Numbered from the stretch's first letter, positions 31,801-40,709 are shown. The stretch is DNA of 64,000 nucleotides from Dehalococcoidia bacterium (GCA_963666115.2 CAXXET010000006.1:352001-416000); one strand, 5' to 3'. Translations and numbers: made by a program. Notes: generated from the letters alone by a model not told the origin.

Positions 31801-32382
31801 TATTTCGCCTACTCCGACTCCGCCTGCGCGACGGCCATCGCCCGCATCGCGTTCTCTACTCTCCCGTCCACGCTTACTGCCAGCGCGTCCAACACGTCGC
31901 CTACGCTCACCATCGCCCACCACACCGGCAGCTGGTACGTCAAGGAGACAAGCCCCTCCACCACCGGCACCTGCTCCTCCGCCATCTCGGGGACGACCCA
32001 TAACCTGAGCGGCCTGACGGACGGCGTGCCCTACGTCTACCACGCCTACAGCGACTCCGCCTGCGCAACCCCCATCGCCCGCGTAGCGTTCACCACCACA
32101 CTCTACCCGCCCACGGGCGTCTCCCACAGCTCGAATTGCAGCCCGTTTACGTGCGGGACAACTGTGAACTGGAGCCGAAACAGCAACACAACCGGATCCG
32201 TCGGCTACGAAGTGCAGTTCACCGACTACGACAATTCCAGCTGGACTCACTGGCACACGGAGCAGCCAACGACAGACTCGAGCTTGAGTGACTACGGCAG
32301 CTCCAGCCACAACTTCAACGCCCGCGTCCGCGCCTTCCGTACCACCAGCGGCGTCACGGTCTACAGCGCCTGGGTAGAATAA
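28873..32382 (+). CDS. Large secreted fibronectin type III repeat protein
   Basis: Signal peptide; multiple FN3 units (W.AP..NGS.ITDYD.RY...Y.V.VRA.N..G...WS) plus three Cys-paired 'AYSD.AC' repeats. Confidence 0.88.
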   Translation: MVTLPHIPTPSATWRTLALTILVLIAAAMAWSSAPQAAAQSAPGQVASVTVTRANATLTAMWNAPAGATKYHITYSSDNKKSWSAAAGPNDNHAATTIDITGIDVSKSYVVGVRAGNAHGWGQWRNSASNSPDPPPGKPGTITVRRADGTLTASWDAVNGADKYHVTYSSDNRKSWSLAAHAHTTTGITFNVNNALTYIVGVRAGKTVGNATLWSGWRNSSSSGSVGPPAAPAEVSTNRVCDSKFSFSWTPVAGATGYDLVSSPNNRKSWQRLATNTGVTGGVFTSWQKDKTYYIAVRARNANGMSGWTNSAAAPAPACKAGNPKAVTATTHGTAGGSITTTWDAGHRASAYNLNYQVGSNWTRIASNISATTHTNTVTGTDAVQFAVQSIGNGTTSEWSHANIGWLTASNPTATGATLALAGHSGSWHVKKTSPSPAGTCSSAISGATHTLSTLTGSTTYTVTAYSDAVCANAIGSATFTTTQSSALPSAPAAPTLTTGNARLTVDWTAAAHNGALITDYDFRYRTVGTSTWSGAYIQGASYSPGSLGNWKQSNGSAGMALDLGNVSLSGLTVTKVSTGGISNVYKISEAVGGFRLKLNAKNAWNYTLTYQARYAATAPSTSNMNTHGTLLWEQSAGSGSSFTKDASTLALPANTHFWVTTTADGRTDIVTPTIQADAATVPSPLRGTVTGLTNGTNYDVQVRAVNANGLGPWSPSGTLKAGLPARPAAPALVSGNSRMTVNWVAANGNGSTITDYDIRYSSNGGSTWTTLEMNAAANTARSYTIMSLNNDTAYVVRLRATNTHGDSVWSPSSASVEAGTPDPPTAPALTPGSGQVTATWTAPANNGSAITDYDLRYCSTACSTASNWTFVENGTSAGTTATIPNLTDGTPYQVEVRATNGRGDSGWSPATTLATLTASQVTGVTATLTFAKGSHSGSWYLKKTAPTPAGTCSSTIAVTTTTQNLTNLTRNTAYTYFAYSDSACATAIARIAFSTLPSTLTASASNTSPTLTIAHHTGSWYVKETSPSTTGTCSSAISGTTHNLSGLTDGVPYVYHAYSDSACATPIARVAFTTTLYPPTGVSHSSNCSPFTCGTTVNWSRNSNTTGSVGYEVQFTDYDNSSWTHWHTEQPTTDSSLSDYGSSSHNFNARVRAFRTTSGVTVYSAWVE

Positions 32383-32391
32383 CCCCCGCGC

Positions 32392-32733
32392 CTACCCCCC
32401 GCCCCCCTCCGAATCCCTCGCGCCGCCTTCCGAATCCCCCCGTTCACCCCTCATCACGCGCGCAGTTTCCGCCACTCGCGCCTCTGCCTGCGCGAGCCGC
32501 ATGATGGCGTCCGCGAGATCACTCGGCGCAACATCCCGGATAACCAGCTGCTCCCCGTCCCGCCCGATCCCCAGAGATTGGCAAGAATCGGCGATGAGCG
32601 TCCGCTGTTTCGGCAATTTGCCGTCGTCGCCGGTTCGGGTTAGCAGCCAGCCTGTGGCATCGCCAAAATCGTCGCACCGAAAGAGCGACGGCATCGACGA
32701 TGTCAACTGTTCCCGAAGTTCTTCGACAGTCAC
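32392..32733 (-). CDS. DUF1828-like small protein, apparently internally deleted
   Basis: GGAGGAGG RBS and GTG 32733; DFGDATGWL...LADAIMRLAQAEARVAE resembles the DUF1828 C-terminal half, but the TPF.YPDGD segment is missing. Confidence 0.4.
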   Translation of the reverse strand: MTVEELREQLTSSMPSLFRCDDFGDATGWLLTRTGDDGKLPKQRTLIADSCQSLGIGRDGEQLVIRDVAPSDLADAIMRLAQAEARVAETARVMRGERGDSEGGARDSEGGGG

Positions 32734-32855
32734 GGCGATACCTCCTCCACACGGAATCGCTGGGCAAACCGCATGACGCTCTGCGCCTCCCACGTGATAT
32801 CCCGCTCAATAACCTTGCTGGTGTCAGCAACGATGGCGAGAACGTCTGAGGGTGG

Positions 32856-33368
32856 TCATTTTGGCCAATCCACTACGCCACAGATGGCGAGGAAAATTAC
32901 AACCCCTAAGGCCGTGTGCAACCCGACAAACAGAATCGGTACCCCTCGCTCGATGGTTGTTACTGCTCGATAGCCCCTGTCCTGGCTCTCCGCAATCACC
33001 TGCCACTCATATTGATACACTGCCGCCGGCAAGTGCTCCTCCAACTCATGGATAATGTCGAACTTCACGCGGTTTAGGTCGGCGTGTGACTTGATGATCA
33101 GGAACCAGAGCACAGAGACGAGAATCCCGATGACGGGAATCAGCAGTATCCAGGAGCTCTGGCCAATGCCGGTGGATTGAATCCCGTAAAGCGCGACTAT
33201 AGCTGCATTCAGGGTCAGCAGGTAGCGGCTGGATTGGACGCGGCGGGCGCTAACGTTCTCTGCAGACTGCACGTAAAGCTTGTACTGCTCAAGAAGATCC
33301 GTATGGAAAGAGCCGGCGTAGTCATCTACACTATGCCGTAACAAAGATCGTTGCCCTTGCCTAGTCAT
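32856..33368 (-). CDS. Small membrane protein (RipA/octameric membrane protein-like; candidate defence effector)
   Basis: LLEQYKLYVQSAENVSARR...LLTLNAAIV, then TM helices, LNRVKFDIIHELEEHLP...EW and a terminal TM. ATG overlaps the TIR stop. Confidence 0.7.
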   Translation of the reverse strand: MTRQGQRSLLRHSVDDYAGSFHTDLLEQYKLYVQSAENVSARRVQSSRYLLTLNAAIVALYGIQSTGIGQSSWILLIPVIGILVSVLWFLIIKSHADLNRVKFDIIHELEEHLPAAVYQYEWQVIAESQDRGYRAVTTIERGVPILFVGLHTALGVVIFLAICGVVDWPK

Positions 33369-33759
33369 AGTCCACCCTGGCATTGGTGATCAGTTCTCTT
33401 AGGATTGACCATTTCCAGGGATGTATCTTCTTCTTGAGCGCTGTCTTAGGCGGCGTGCAGGTCTTATTCTTGCGTCCCTTCAACAGAAAATACGGCTTCC
33501 TCTCCTCTTGCGTAATCGTAACCTCACCTGCTACCCCGGAGGCTTGGTGGGTCTGTTCACCGCAGATAACGATGACAAGGTCGCACCGGTGTATCCGCGA
33601 GCGAACTTCATCACGCCATTTCGCGTCGACAGCTTTCTTCAGAGACCTGTCCCGTATGCTGAAGGGCGAATCCGGTCTGCTGGCCTGATGCACGAGATTT
33701 CCCGGCAGGTCATTATCGTTGTCGTAGTCGAAGCTAATGAATACGCTCTTCGTCGCCAT
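33361..33759 (-). CDS. TIR-domain protein (MTH538/DUF1863, ThsB-like)
   Basis: VFISFDYDND...W...R.RI...DLVIVICGEQT...GVAGEV (putative catalytic Glu)...KPYFLLKG. Confidence 0.85.
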   Translation of the reverse strand: MATKSVFISFDYDNDNDLPGNLVHQASRPDSPFSIRDRSLKKAVDAKWRDEVRSRIHRCDLVIVICGEQTHQASGVAGEVTITQEERKPYFLLKGRKNKTCTPPKTALKKKIHPWKWSILRELITNARVDYD

Positions 33760-33779
33760 TTCTGCTCGCCAATCGCTCC

Positions 33780-34136
33780 TCATCGCCTCGGCCGCGGCGC
33801 AGGCCGCAACGTCTCATTGACCGGGTCGACGGTCAGCCTCAGACCTTCCAGGGCATATGCGCCCAAAAGCGGCTCCACATCGTCCGAACCAAATGCGACG
33901 ATGGTCGTCACGCTGCGGCCGTTGATGGCTGCTCGCGCCTCTGCGATGCCTCTCTCAACGACGCTGCCATCGGCCAACTCAAACTGCTCGATCTCGATTG
34001 GCGCAAGCCCGATCTCACGAAGAAGCGACTCCGGCAAGTGCGTATAGAACGAGCCCGTGTCGGTCATGACCATGATTTCCCGTTCTTCGCCGCCGGCGGG
34101 GTTCGAAATACGCAGTGGAATCCTGAACATACTCAT
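33780..34136 (-). CDS. Retropepsin-like (clan AA) aspartyl protease
   Basis: DTGS catalytic motif, FELADG, PLLGAYALEGLRLTVDPV. Confidence 0.85.
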   Translation of the reverse strand: MSMFRIPLRISNPAGGEEREIMVMTDTGSFYTHLPESLLREIGLAPIEIEQFELADGSVVERGIAEARAAINGRSVTTIVAFGSDDVEPLLGAYALEGLRLTVDPVNETLRPAPRPRR

Positions 34137-34157
34137 GCCCTCATTCTACTACGGCCA

Positions 34158-35549
34158 TTAACTCCCCACAGGCAGCCTAATCCAAAAAACCGACCCCCGC
34201 CCAAGCTCGCTCTCCACCCCCACCTCGCCGCCGTGTGCCTCCACGATTTGCCGCACGATGGCCAGCCCCAGCCCGCCTCCCCGCATCCCGCTCTCATCGC
34301 CTTGCCCGACGCGGTCCATGAGTATCGCGACGTCCTCCCGTGAGATTCCGATGCCCGTATCCCTCACGTGGATGCGCACAGAACTGTCGCCACTGTCCGC
34401 CGAAACGGTTACGCGCCCGCCCGCCGGCGTGAACTTGATGGCGTTATGCACAAGATTCACCAACGCCTGGTGAAGCCGGCCCGGGTCCGCGTTGATCTCC
34501 GGCAGCCCCTGCTCCAGGTCGACAACCAACTCGATATCCGCCCGCCCCGCCATCGACGTCATCATCCCAACGCAGCGGTCGATTGCGTCCCCAACGGCGA
34601 TTGGCTGCAACGCCAGCCGCGTCCATCCCATCTCCAGCCGTGAGAGGTCGAGCAGGCTCTCCACGAACGTCGTCAGCCGCTGCACCTCCACGAGCGCGCT
34701 TGAAACGAAGGGCCGCGCCGCATCCGGATCATCGATTGCGCCCAGGTCCAGCGTCTCAAGCGTCGCCTGCACCCCGGCCAGCGGCGTGCGAATCTCGTGT
34801 GACGCGTTCGCCAGGAATTCGTGCCGCAGCCGCTGCGCGCGCCGCTCCTCGGACACGTCATACGCTGCCAGCAGCACCCGCCGCTCAGCCCCCTCCATAT
34901 AGGGAGAGGCCACGAGCCGCGTTGTCCGAATCCGTTCGCCGCTGTGCGTGATTTCGCCCGTTGCCGTTGCGGATTCCCGCAGCGCCCGCCGCGCGATCTC
35001 CGCTGCCTCATAATCCCGCGCCAGCCCGATGAGTGTCGTCGTCTCATCCACGCGCTGCGTGAACTCGAACAACTGCGCCGCCGCCGCGTTCGCCAGCAGC
35101 ACGCGCTCATCCTCCGCAAGCACGATGACCCCAACGCTCAGGTTGTCCAGGATGGAGGCCAGCCGCGTCTGCTGCGTTTCGACGACGCTGCTAATGCCGC
35201 GCTCCTCCTGCATCAGCCGGCCGATCAACAGCGCGACGTCGCGCACGTCGGATGTCGCCGTGGCGAAATCCTCCGCAGCCGGCGCCTGGCCTGCCCGCAG
35301 CGTCCGCGCGAGATGCCGCAGGGGCGCAGCCGTCCGCCGCGCGGCAACCACCAGCAGCAAGACGATGAGGACACCCGCGGCAAGCGACGTGGACAGCAGA
35401 AGCCGCCGGTACGGTTCGGCGTCCGCCGCCCCCGTGTCCTCTCCGATGCGTCCAAGCTGAACCCACGAGAAGATAAAGATCGCGATGAGGCCGAGAACCA
35501 GGCCGCCCCACAGGGCCAACCCGATGCGGCCCTGCGTTATCCGGGGCAT
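34158..35549 (-). CDS. Sensor histidine kinase, PhoR-like (TM-PAS-HisKA-HATPase)
   Basis: ASHEIRTPL, NLVHNAIKFT, DTGIG, GLGLAIV. Confidence 0.92.
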   Translation of the reverse strand: MPRITQGRIGLALWGGLVLGLIAIFIFSWVQLGRIGEDTGAADAEPYRRLLLSTSLAAGVLIVLLLVVAARRTAAPLRHLARTLRAGQAPAAEDFATATSDVRDVALLIGRLMQEERGISSVVETQQTRLASILDNLSVGVIVLAEDERVLLANAAAAQLFEFTQRVDETTTLIGLARDYEAAEIARRALRESATATGEITHSGERIRTTRLVASPYMEGAERRVLLAAYDVSEERRAQRLRHEFLANASHEIRTPLAGVQATLETLDLGAIDDPDAARPFVSSALVEVQRLTTFVESLLDLSRLEMGWTRLALQPIAVGDAIDRCVGMMTSMAGRADIELVVDLEQGLPEINADPGRLHQALVNLVHNAIKFTPAGGRVTVSADSGDSSVRIHVRDTGIGISREDVAILMDRVGQGDESGMRGGGLGLAIVRQIVEAHGGEVGVESELGRGSVFWIRLPVGS

Positions 35550-36242
35550 TCACGCCTCCAGTTTGTAGCCGACGCCCCGCACGGTGAGGAGAATCTTCGG
35601 GCGCGCCGGATCATCCTCGATCTTCTGCCGCAGCCACCGCATATGCACGTCAACCGTGCGGCTCCCCTCCGGGTAGGAGTATTTCCAGACCCGGTCCAGC
35701 AGCGTTTCACGCGTGAACACGATGCCGCGATTCTCCCCCAGGAACGATAGCATTTCGAACTCGAGCGGCGTCAGCGTGACCTCTTCGCCCTTGTGAGTGA
35801 CGCGGTGCGCCAGCCGGTCGATGACCGTCTCCCCAAACTCAATTGTGTCTGTCTTCGCTTCGGCCTCCTGCGATGAGCGGCGCAGGATCGCCTTGATGCG
35901 CGCAAGCAGCTCGCGCATGGAAAACGGCTTGGTCATGTAATCGTCGCCGCCCATCTCCAGCCCGACGATCTTGTCCACCTCGGACTGCCGCGCCGTCAAC
36001 ATGAGGATGGGCACCGAACTGCGGCTGCGAACCCGCCTGCACAGTTCCAGGCCGTCCGCGTCCGGCAGCCCCAGGTCGAGGACGATGAAGCTCGGCATCT
36101 GCCGTTCCATCTTGGTGAGCGCCTCTGCGGACGTGGCTGCGGAACTTACCGCGTACCCCTCGCGGCTCAGCGAATAGGTCAACGCCTCCCGCAGCGCGGG
36201 CTCGTCATCAACGATCAGAATGCTTGTCTCGGCGATTGTCAT
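35550..36242 (-). CDS. OmpR/PhoB family response regulator
   Basis: ILIVDDE, LDLGLP, GGDDYMTKPF, RTVDVHMRWLRQKIE, TVRGVGYK. Confidence 0.93.
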   Translation of the reverse strand: MTIAETSILIVDDEPALREALTYSLSREGYAVSSAATSAEALTKMERQMPSFIVLDLGLPDADGLELCRRVRSRSSVPILMLTARQSEVDKIVGLEMGGDDYMTKPFSMRELLARIKAILRRSSQEAEAKTDTIEFGETVIDRLAHRVTHKGEEVTLTPLEFEMLSFLGENRGIVFTRETLLDRVWKYSYPEGSRTVDVHMRWLRQKIEDDPARPKILLTVRGVGYKLEA

Positions 36243-36384
36243 GTCGCCTTCCGTTAAGCGAAGCGCCCTCTGTACTGCCATGATACAAGGGCGCGCAAAG
36301 CCTTAACCGTCAGGCGCATTAAGGCGCTGTAAAGAATGAGGGGAGCCGTCAGGCCCCCCTCAATAGTCGCAATCTCGTTGCGGA

Positions 36385-36834
36385 TTAGTGGGCGTGAGCG
36401 TGTTCAGCCCCCGCTTCCGCGTTCTCCTCATGTCCGCACGCGCAGGCTCCCGCGCCGGCTCCGCCGCACGCGCACGCCCCGGCCCCTGCGCCGTGACCGC
36501 CGCATGCGCACGCTCCACCGCCGCCGCACGCGCCTCCGCAGCCGCCCCCCATGTTCGGGTTGCGAATCGTGAAGCCCGTCTGCTCCAGGCTGTCGATGAA
36601 GTCAATTTCGGAGCCGATCACCCACGGGAGGCTGTCCTCGTCGACGACAACCGTGACGCCAAAGGCCTCGATCACCTCGTCCGAGTCGCTCGGGTCAGGC
36701 TCGATGGCCATGCCGTACGCGGGCTGCCCGTTGTCGCCGCCCTTGACGAACACGCGCAGCGAAGCCCCCTCGGATTCCTGCTCCTTGAACAGGTCCAGAA
36801 TCTTCTCAGCCGCCGACTCAGTGAGTGTAACCAC
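36385..36834 (-). CDS. HesB/IscA-type Fe-S assembly protein with Cys/Gly/His-rich tail
   Basis: VTLTESAAEKI, LRVFVKGG, YGMA, IDFIDSL..GFTIRNPN, then (G/A)CACG repeats. Confidence 0.85.
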   Translation of the reverse strand: MVTLTESAAEKILDLFKEQESEGASLRVFVKGGDNGQPAYGMAIEPDPSDSDEVIEAFGVTVVVDEDSLPWVIGSEIDFIDSLEQTGFTIRNPNMGGGCGGACGGGGACACGGHGAGAGACACGGAGAGACACGHEENAEAGAEHAHAH

Positions 36835-36971
36835 GATTGCCCCTCCACTGACGCGAACATTCGACGCAGCGTCAATTTAAGGCAGTATACAGGCAGGCCC
36901 GCGAAAGTGTCCACGCATGGACGCAACGCCCGCCGAATGAGTCCGCAAAATCAAGCAGGAGAGTGCAGGGC

Positions 36972-37358
36972 ATGAATCTTTATCCGGGACGGTTTGTAAT
37001 CGAGCGCTCAGAGGAAGAGGGCGACGTGTGGGCCGAGGTGGTCCCCGGCGGCGTCAACATCATGCGCGGGCGCGCCACCCAGCCCGATGACGGCGAAGTC
37101 ATCCTCAACGTCCGCCCCGACCAGATCGAGCGGCTCGATGCGTGGGCGCACCAGGAGGGCTTGGTCGTCTCATTCAGCGGCGTCCTCGCCAGGCAGATCA
37201 AAGACCTGGCGCGTGGCGTGGGCCTCTCCCCCCAAAACTTCGTCCTCGAAGCCCTCAACGCCTTCATCCAGGCCGGTGAGATGGCCGCGCACGCTCACGC
37301 CCAACCCCAAACCCCGCCCCCAGCCCAACCCATAGAACTGGAAGGGCCGCCCAGCTAG
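36972..37358 (+). CDS. Hypothetical protein (possible C-terminal ribbon-helix-helix-like segment)
   Basis: AGGAG RBS and ATG; fills the gap between the IscA and pdhC genes. Confidence 0.55.
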   Translation: MNLYPGRFVIERSEEEGDVWAEVVPGGVNIMRGRATQPDDGEVILNVRPDQIERLDAWAHQEGLVVSFSGVLARQIKDLARGVGLSPQNFVLEALNAFIQAGEMAAHAHAQPQTPPPAQPIELEGPPS

Positions 37359-38695
37359 AGCAGCAGCAGGCTCGGCCCCTCCAAGACCCGCCGCACCTCG
37401 TTCATGAACTGCGCGCCCTCCGCGCCATCTGTCGCCCGATGGTCCGCAGAAAGCGTCGCCGACATAATCTCTGCTACGTCGATTTGGCCGTCCTGCGCCA
37501 CCGGCGTCGAACGCACAGACCCAACCGCGATAGCCCCCGCGTTCGGCGGCGTGATGATCGCCTTAAAATCCTTCACGTCGTACATGCCCAGGTTGGACAC
37601 TGCGAACCCCACACCGCTCACCTCGTTCGGACGCAGCCGCCCCTCCCGCGCCCGCCCCGACAAATCCCGTGAACGCGCCGCGATGTCGATCAGGCTCGCA
37701 TCCCCAACATCCGGCATCGACGGCGCGATCAGCCCGCCCCCGTCCATTGCCACCGCAATAGACACGTCGATGGTTGGATTCGGAATGATGCCCACGGCCT
37801 GCACCGTCACGTTGAAATGCGGATGAGAATGCAGTGCCATGGCGACGGCCTTGATGACCAGGTCATTCACCGTGACGCGGCGAGCTGCGTCCAACTCCTC
37901 GTTGATTTCAGCGCGCATCCGAACGGCGCGTGTCATGTCGATCTCCACCGTCACGTAATAGTGTGGAGCCGTCAGCTTGCTCAGGGACATTCGCCGCGCA
38001 ATCGCTTGCCGCATGGGCGGCAGACCCGCCGGCACGACGATCCCAACGGCGTCCGGCGCAGGCGGCTCAACAACCGTGAACCCGCCGCCCGGTACCGGCT
38101 CCGGCTCAACCGATTCCACCGGCGTAGGCGTCTCAGCCCTGACCGGCTCAGGCTGCGCAGCGCCCCGCGCCTCCAAATAGGCTTCAACGTCGCCCCGCGT
38201 GATCCGTCCGCCCGGACCCGTTCCGGTCACGTTGTCCTGAATCTCAGCCACGGGGACGCCCTGTTGCTCCGCTATTCTCCGCGCCACCGGCGTCACGGGC
38301 GAGCCCGTTGACGGCGCATCTGCCCTGACCGTTTCCACGGGGGCGGCAGCCTCAACAGGCGGCGGTGGGGCAGGGGGCGTAGCCGGAGTGGAAACTGCGG
38401 GCGGCGCTGTGGCGGCTGGAGTAGGCGCGGATGCTGAGATGTCCGATATATCCTCCCCCGGCGCGGCAATCAACCCAATCGTCTCACCGACGGGCACCAT
38501 GACGCCCTCCGGCACCAGGATGCGCGCCATCACGCCGGACTCATACGCCTCAAGCTCAACGGTCGCCTTATCCGTCTCGATCTCCGCGATCGTCTCCCCG
38601 CGCGCAACAGTATCGCCCTCGCGCTTAAGCCACCGCACGACCATTCCCTCGGTCATGTCGAAGCCCATCTGCGGCATGATTACGTCGCTTGCCAC
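37355..38695 (-). CDS. pdhC: Pyruvate dehydrogenase E2 dihydrolipoamide acetyltransferase
   Basis: Lipoyl motif ETDKA, E3-binding motif GTGPGGRIT, catalytic DHRATDG. Confidence 0.93.
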   Translation of the reverse strand: MASDVIMPQMGFDMTEGMVVRWLKREGDTVARGETIAEIETDKATVELEAYESGVMARILVPEGVMVPVGETIGLIAAPGEDISDISASAPTPAATAPPAVSTPATPPAPPPPVEAAAPVETVRADAPSTGSPVTPVARRIAEQQGVPVAEIQDNVTGTGPGGRITRGDVEAYLEARGAAQPEPVRAETPTPVESVEPEPVPGGGFTVVEPPAPDAVGIVVPAGLPPMRQAIARRMSLSKLTAPHYYVTVEIDMTRAVRMRAEINEELDAARRVTVNDLVIKAVAMALHSHPHFNVTVQAVGIIPNPTIDVSIAVAMDGGGLIAPSMPDVGDASLIDIAARSRDLSGRAREGRLRPNEVSGVGFAVSNLGMYDVKDFKAIITPPNAGAIAVGSVRSTPVAQDGQIDVAEIMSATLSADHRATDGAEGAQFMNEVRRVLEGPSLLLL

Positions 38696-38720
38696 GTCTG
38701 CCTCCCCCTTACGATGCCGC

Positions 38721-39698
38721 CTAGAACAGGCTCCGAACCTTATCCGCCACCGTCTCCGCCGTCGGAATCGTCAGCAACTCCAGCGGGCGTGAATACGGCG
38801 TCGGCACGTTCGCCCCGCCGACACGCAGCGCAGGCCCGTCCAGCGAGTCAAACGCCTTCTCGTTGATTTGCGCGATGATCTCTCCCGCGAACCCGCCGAA
38901 CTCCCATGTTTCCTCGACGACGACGGCCCGGTTCGTCTTGTGAACGGAATCGATGAATGTCTGCGTATCCAGCGGCAGCAGGGAGCGCAGGTCGATGACC
39001 TCGGCGTCGATGCCGTCATCCTCCAGCAGTTCCGCCGCCTGCAGCGCGATGGGCACCATCCTCAGGTATGCGATGATGCTGACGTCCGTCCCGCTGCGCG
39101 CCACCCGCGCCGAGCCGAAGGGAATCGTGTAGCGCTCGTCCGGCACCTCCGCGCGGCTCCCGTACAGCAGCGAATGTTCAACGTACATCACGGGATTCGG
39201 ATCGGCGATGGCAGACCGCAGCAGGCCCAGCGCGTCCGTTGCATTGGACGGCGTCACCACCTTGAGTCCCGGCACACGCGCGTACCATGCTTCAAGGCTC
39301 TGCGAGTGTGTGGCGGCGAGCATGTTGCCCCCGCCGCTCACCGTCCGAATCACAACCGGCACGCTGATCTGCCCGCCGGACATATAGCGCGCCTTGGCGG
39401 CGATGTGGACGATCTGATCCATCGCCAGCAGCGAGAAGTTGATGGTCATGATCTCGACGATCGGACTCATGCCCGCAATCGCCGCCCCGATTCCCGTGCC
39501 GACGAAACCCGATTCGGCAATCGGCGTATCGATGATCCGCTCCTCGCCGTACTTCTCCATGAATCCCTTGGTCACGGCATAGGAGCCGCCGTACGCGCCC
39601 ACGTCCTCGCCCATGATGAACGTCTCCGGATTGGACTGAAGCGCCTCCTCCAGCCCCGCCCGGATCGCCTCTCGGTATGTCAGTTGCGTCACGTCCAA
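38721..39698 (-). CDS. pdhB: Pyruvate dehydrogenase E1 beta
   Basis: GEDVGAYGG, DTPIAESG, HSQSLE, EVIDLRSL. Confidence 0.93.
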   Translation of the reverse strand: MDVTQLTYREAIRAGLEEALQSNPETFIMGEDVGAYGGSYAVTKGFMEKYGEERIIDTPIAESGFVGTGIGAAIAGMSPIVEIMTINFSLLAMDQIVHIAAKARYMSGGQISVPVVIRTVSGGGNMLAATHSQSLEAWYARVPGLKVVTPSNATDALGLLRSAIADPNPVMYVEHSLLYGSRAEVPDERYTIPFGSARVARSGTDVSIIAYLRMVPIALQAAELLEDDGIDAEVIDLRSLLPLDTQTFIDSVHKTNRAVVVEETWEFGGFAGEIIAQINEKAFDSLDGPALRVGGANVPTPYSRPLELLTIPTAETVADKVRSLF

Positions 39699-39702
39699 CC
39701 CC

Positions 39703-40683
39703 TCACGCGTAGATGTCCGTATGCAGTTCGTCCGGCGTGGGGAAGGGCGATTCCAGCGCGAACCGGATCGCCTCGTTCACCTCGTTCTCCACGTCCTCGT
39801 CGATGGCATCGATCTCGCCCGCCGTCGTCAGGTCATTGTTGAGCAGGTGATTGGAAAACAGCGCGATGGGGTCCAGGTCCAACCACGGCTCCACTTCATT
39901 CTGGTGGCGGTACTCAATCGGGTCGGCCATTGAATGTCCGCGGAAGCGGTACGTCATGACCTCCAGGAAAAACGGCCCGTTTCCACCCCTGATATAGTCG
40001 ATGGCCTCCAGCGTCGCCTCCCGTACCGTCAGCACGTCCTGGCCGTTTTCCACGCGCTGGCTGCGAACGTTGTGGCGGTCCGCCAGCTTGTGGATGATCG
40101 GCTGGGCCGATGCCCGCTCCACCCGCGTCCCCATGCCGAACCCGTTGTTCTCCAGCAGGAACAGGACCGGCAGATTCCAGAGGGAAGCTAGGTTCATCGA
40201 CTCGTGGAACTCCCCCTCGTTGACCGCCCCGTCGCCCAGGAAGCACACCACGAGGGAGTCCTCCCCGCGATAGCGATTCGCGAACGCCAGCCCCACCGCC
40301 AGCGGCAACTGCCCGCCGACGATTGCATGGCCCCCCATGAATCCCCTGGAAACGTCGAAGAAGTGCATGGAGCCGCCCTTGCCGCTGCTGACGCCCGTCG
40401 CCTTGCCGAACAACTCCGCCATGCACGCCGCCGTGTCCATCCCGCGCGCCAGCGCATGGCCGTGGTCGCGGTAATGCGTCACGATCTTGTCGTCGTCCCG
40501 CAAGGGTGAGATCACGCCGACCGCGACGGCCTCCTCCCCGATGTACAGGTGCAGGAAGCCGCCGATGTTCCCGCGGCCGTAATGCTCGGCGCTGCGTTCC
40601 TCAAAACGGCGGATCAGCTTCATCGTCCTGAGCAGTGTCAAAAGCTCGGAACGTGACGGCGTAGAGTCTGGTGATGTGCTCAC
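39703..40683 (-). CDS. pdhA: Pyruvate dehydrogenase E1 alpha
   Basis: GFLHLYIGEEA, GKGGSMH, GDGAVNEG, TYRFRGHSMADP. Start probably GTG 40683. Confidence 0.94.
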   Translation of the reverse strand: MSTSPDSTPSRSELLTLLRTMKLIRRFEERSAEHYGRGNIGGFLHLYIGEEAVAVGVISPLRDDDKIVTHYRDHGHALARGMDTAACMAELFGKATGVSSGKGGSMHFFDVSRGFMGGHAIVGGQLPLAVGLAFANRYRGEDSLVVCFLGDGAVNEGEFHESMNLASLWNLPVLFLLENNGFGMGTRVERASAQPIIHKLADRHNVRSQRVENGQDVLTVREATLEAIDYIRGGNGPFFLEVMTYRFRGHSMADPIEYRHQNEVEPWLDLDPIALFSNHLLNNDLTTAGEIDAIDEDVENEVNEAIRFALESPFPTPDELHTDIYA

Positions 40684-40709
40684 AAGCGGTTTGCCTCCAT
40701 ACACAGAGT

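Noticed and set aside
36317-36333. PHO-box-like TTTACA-N5-TTAATG upstream of the response regulator
   Set aside because: Only one good half-site and no phosphate genes nearby; too weak to call.
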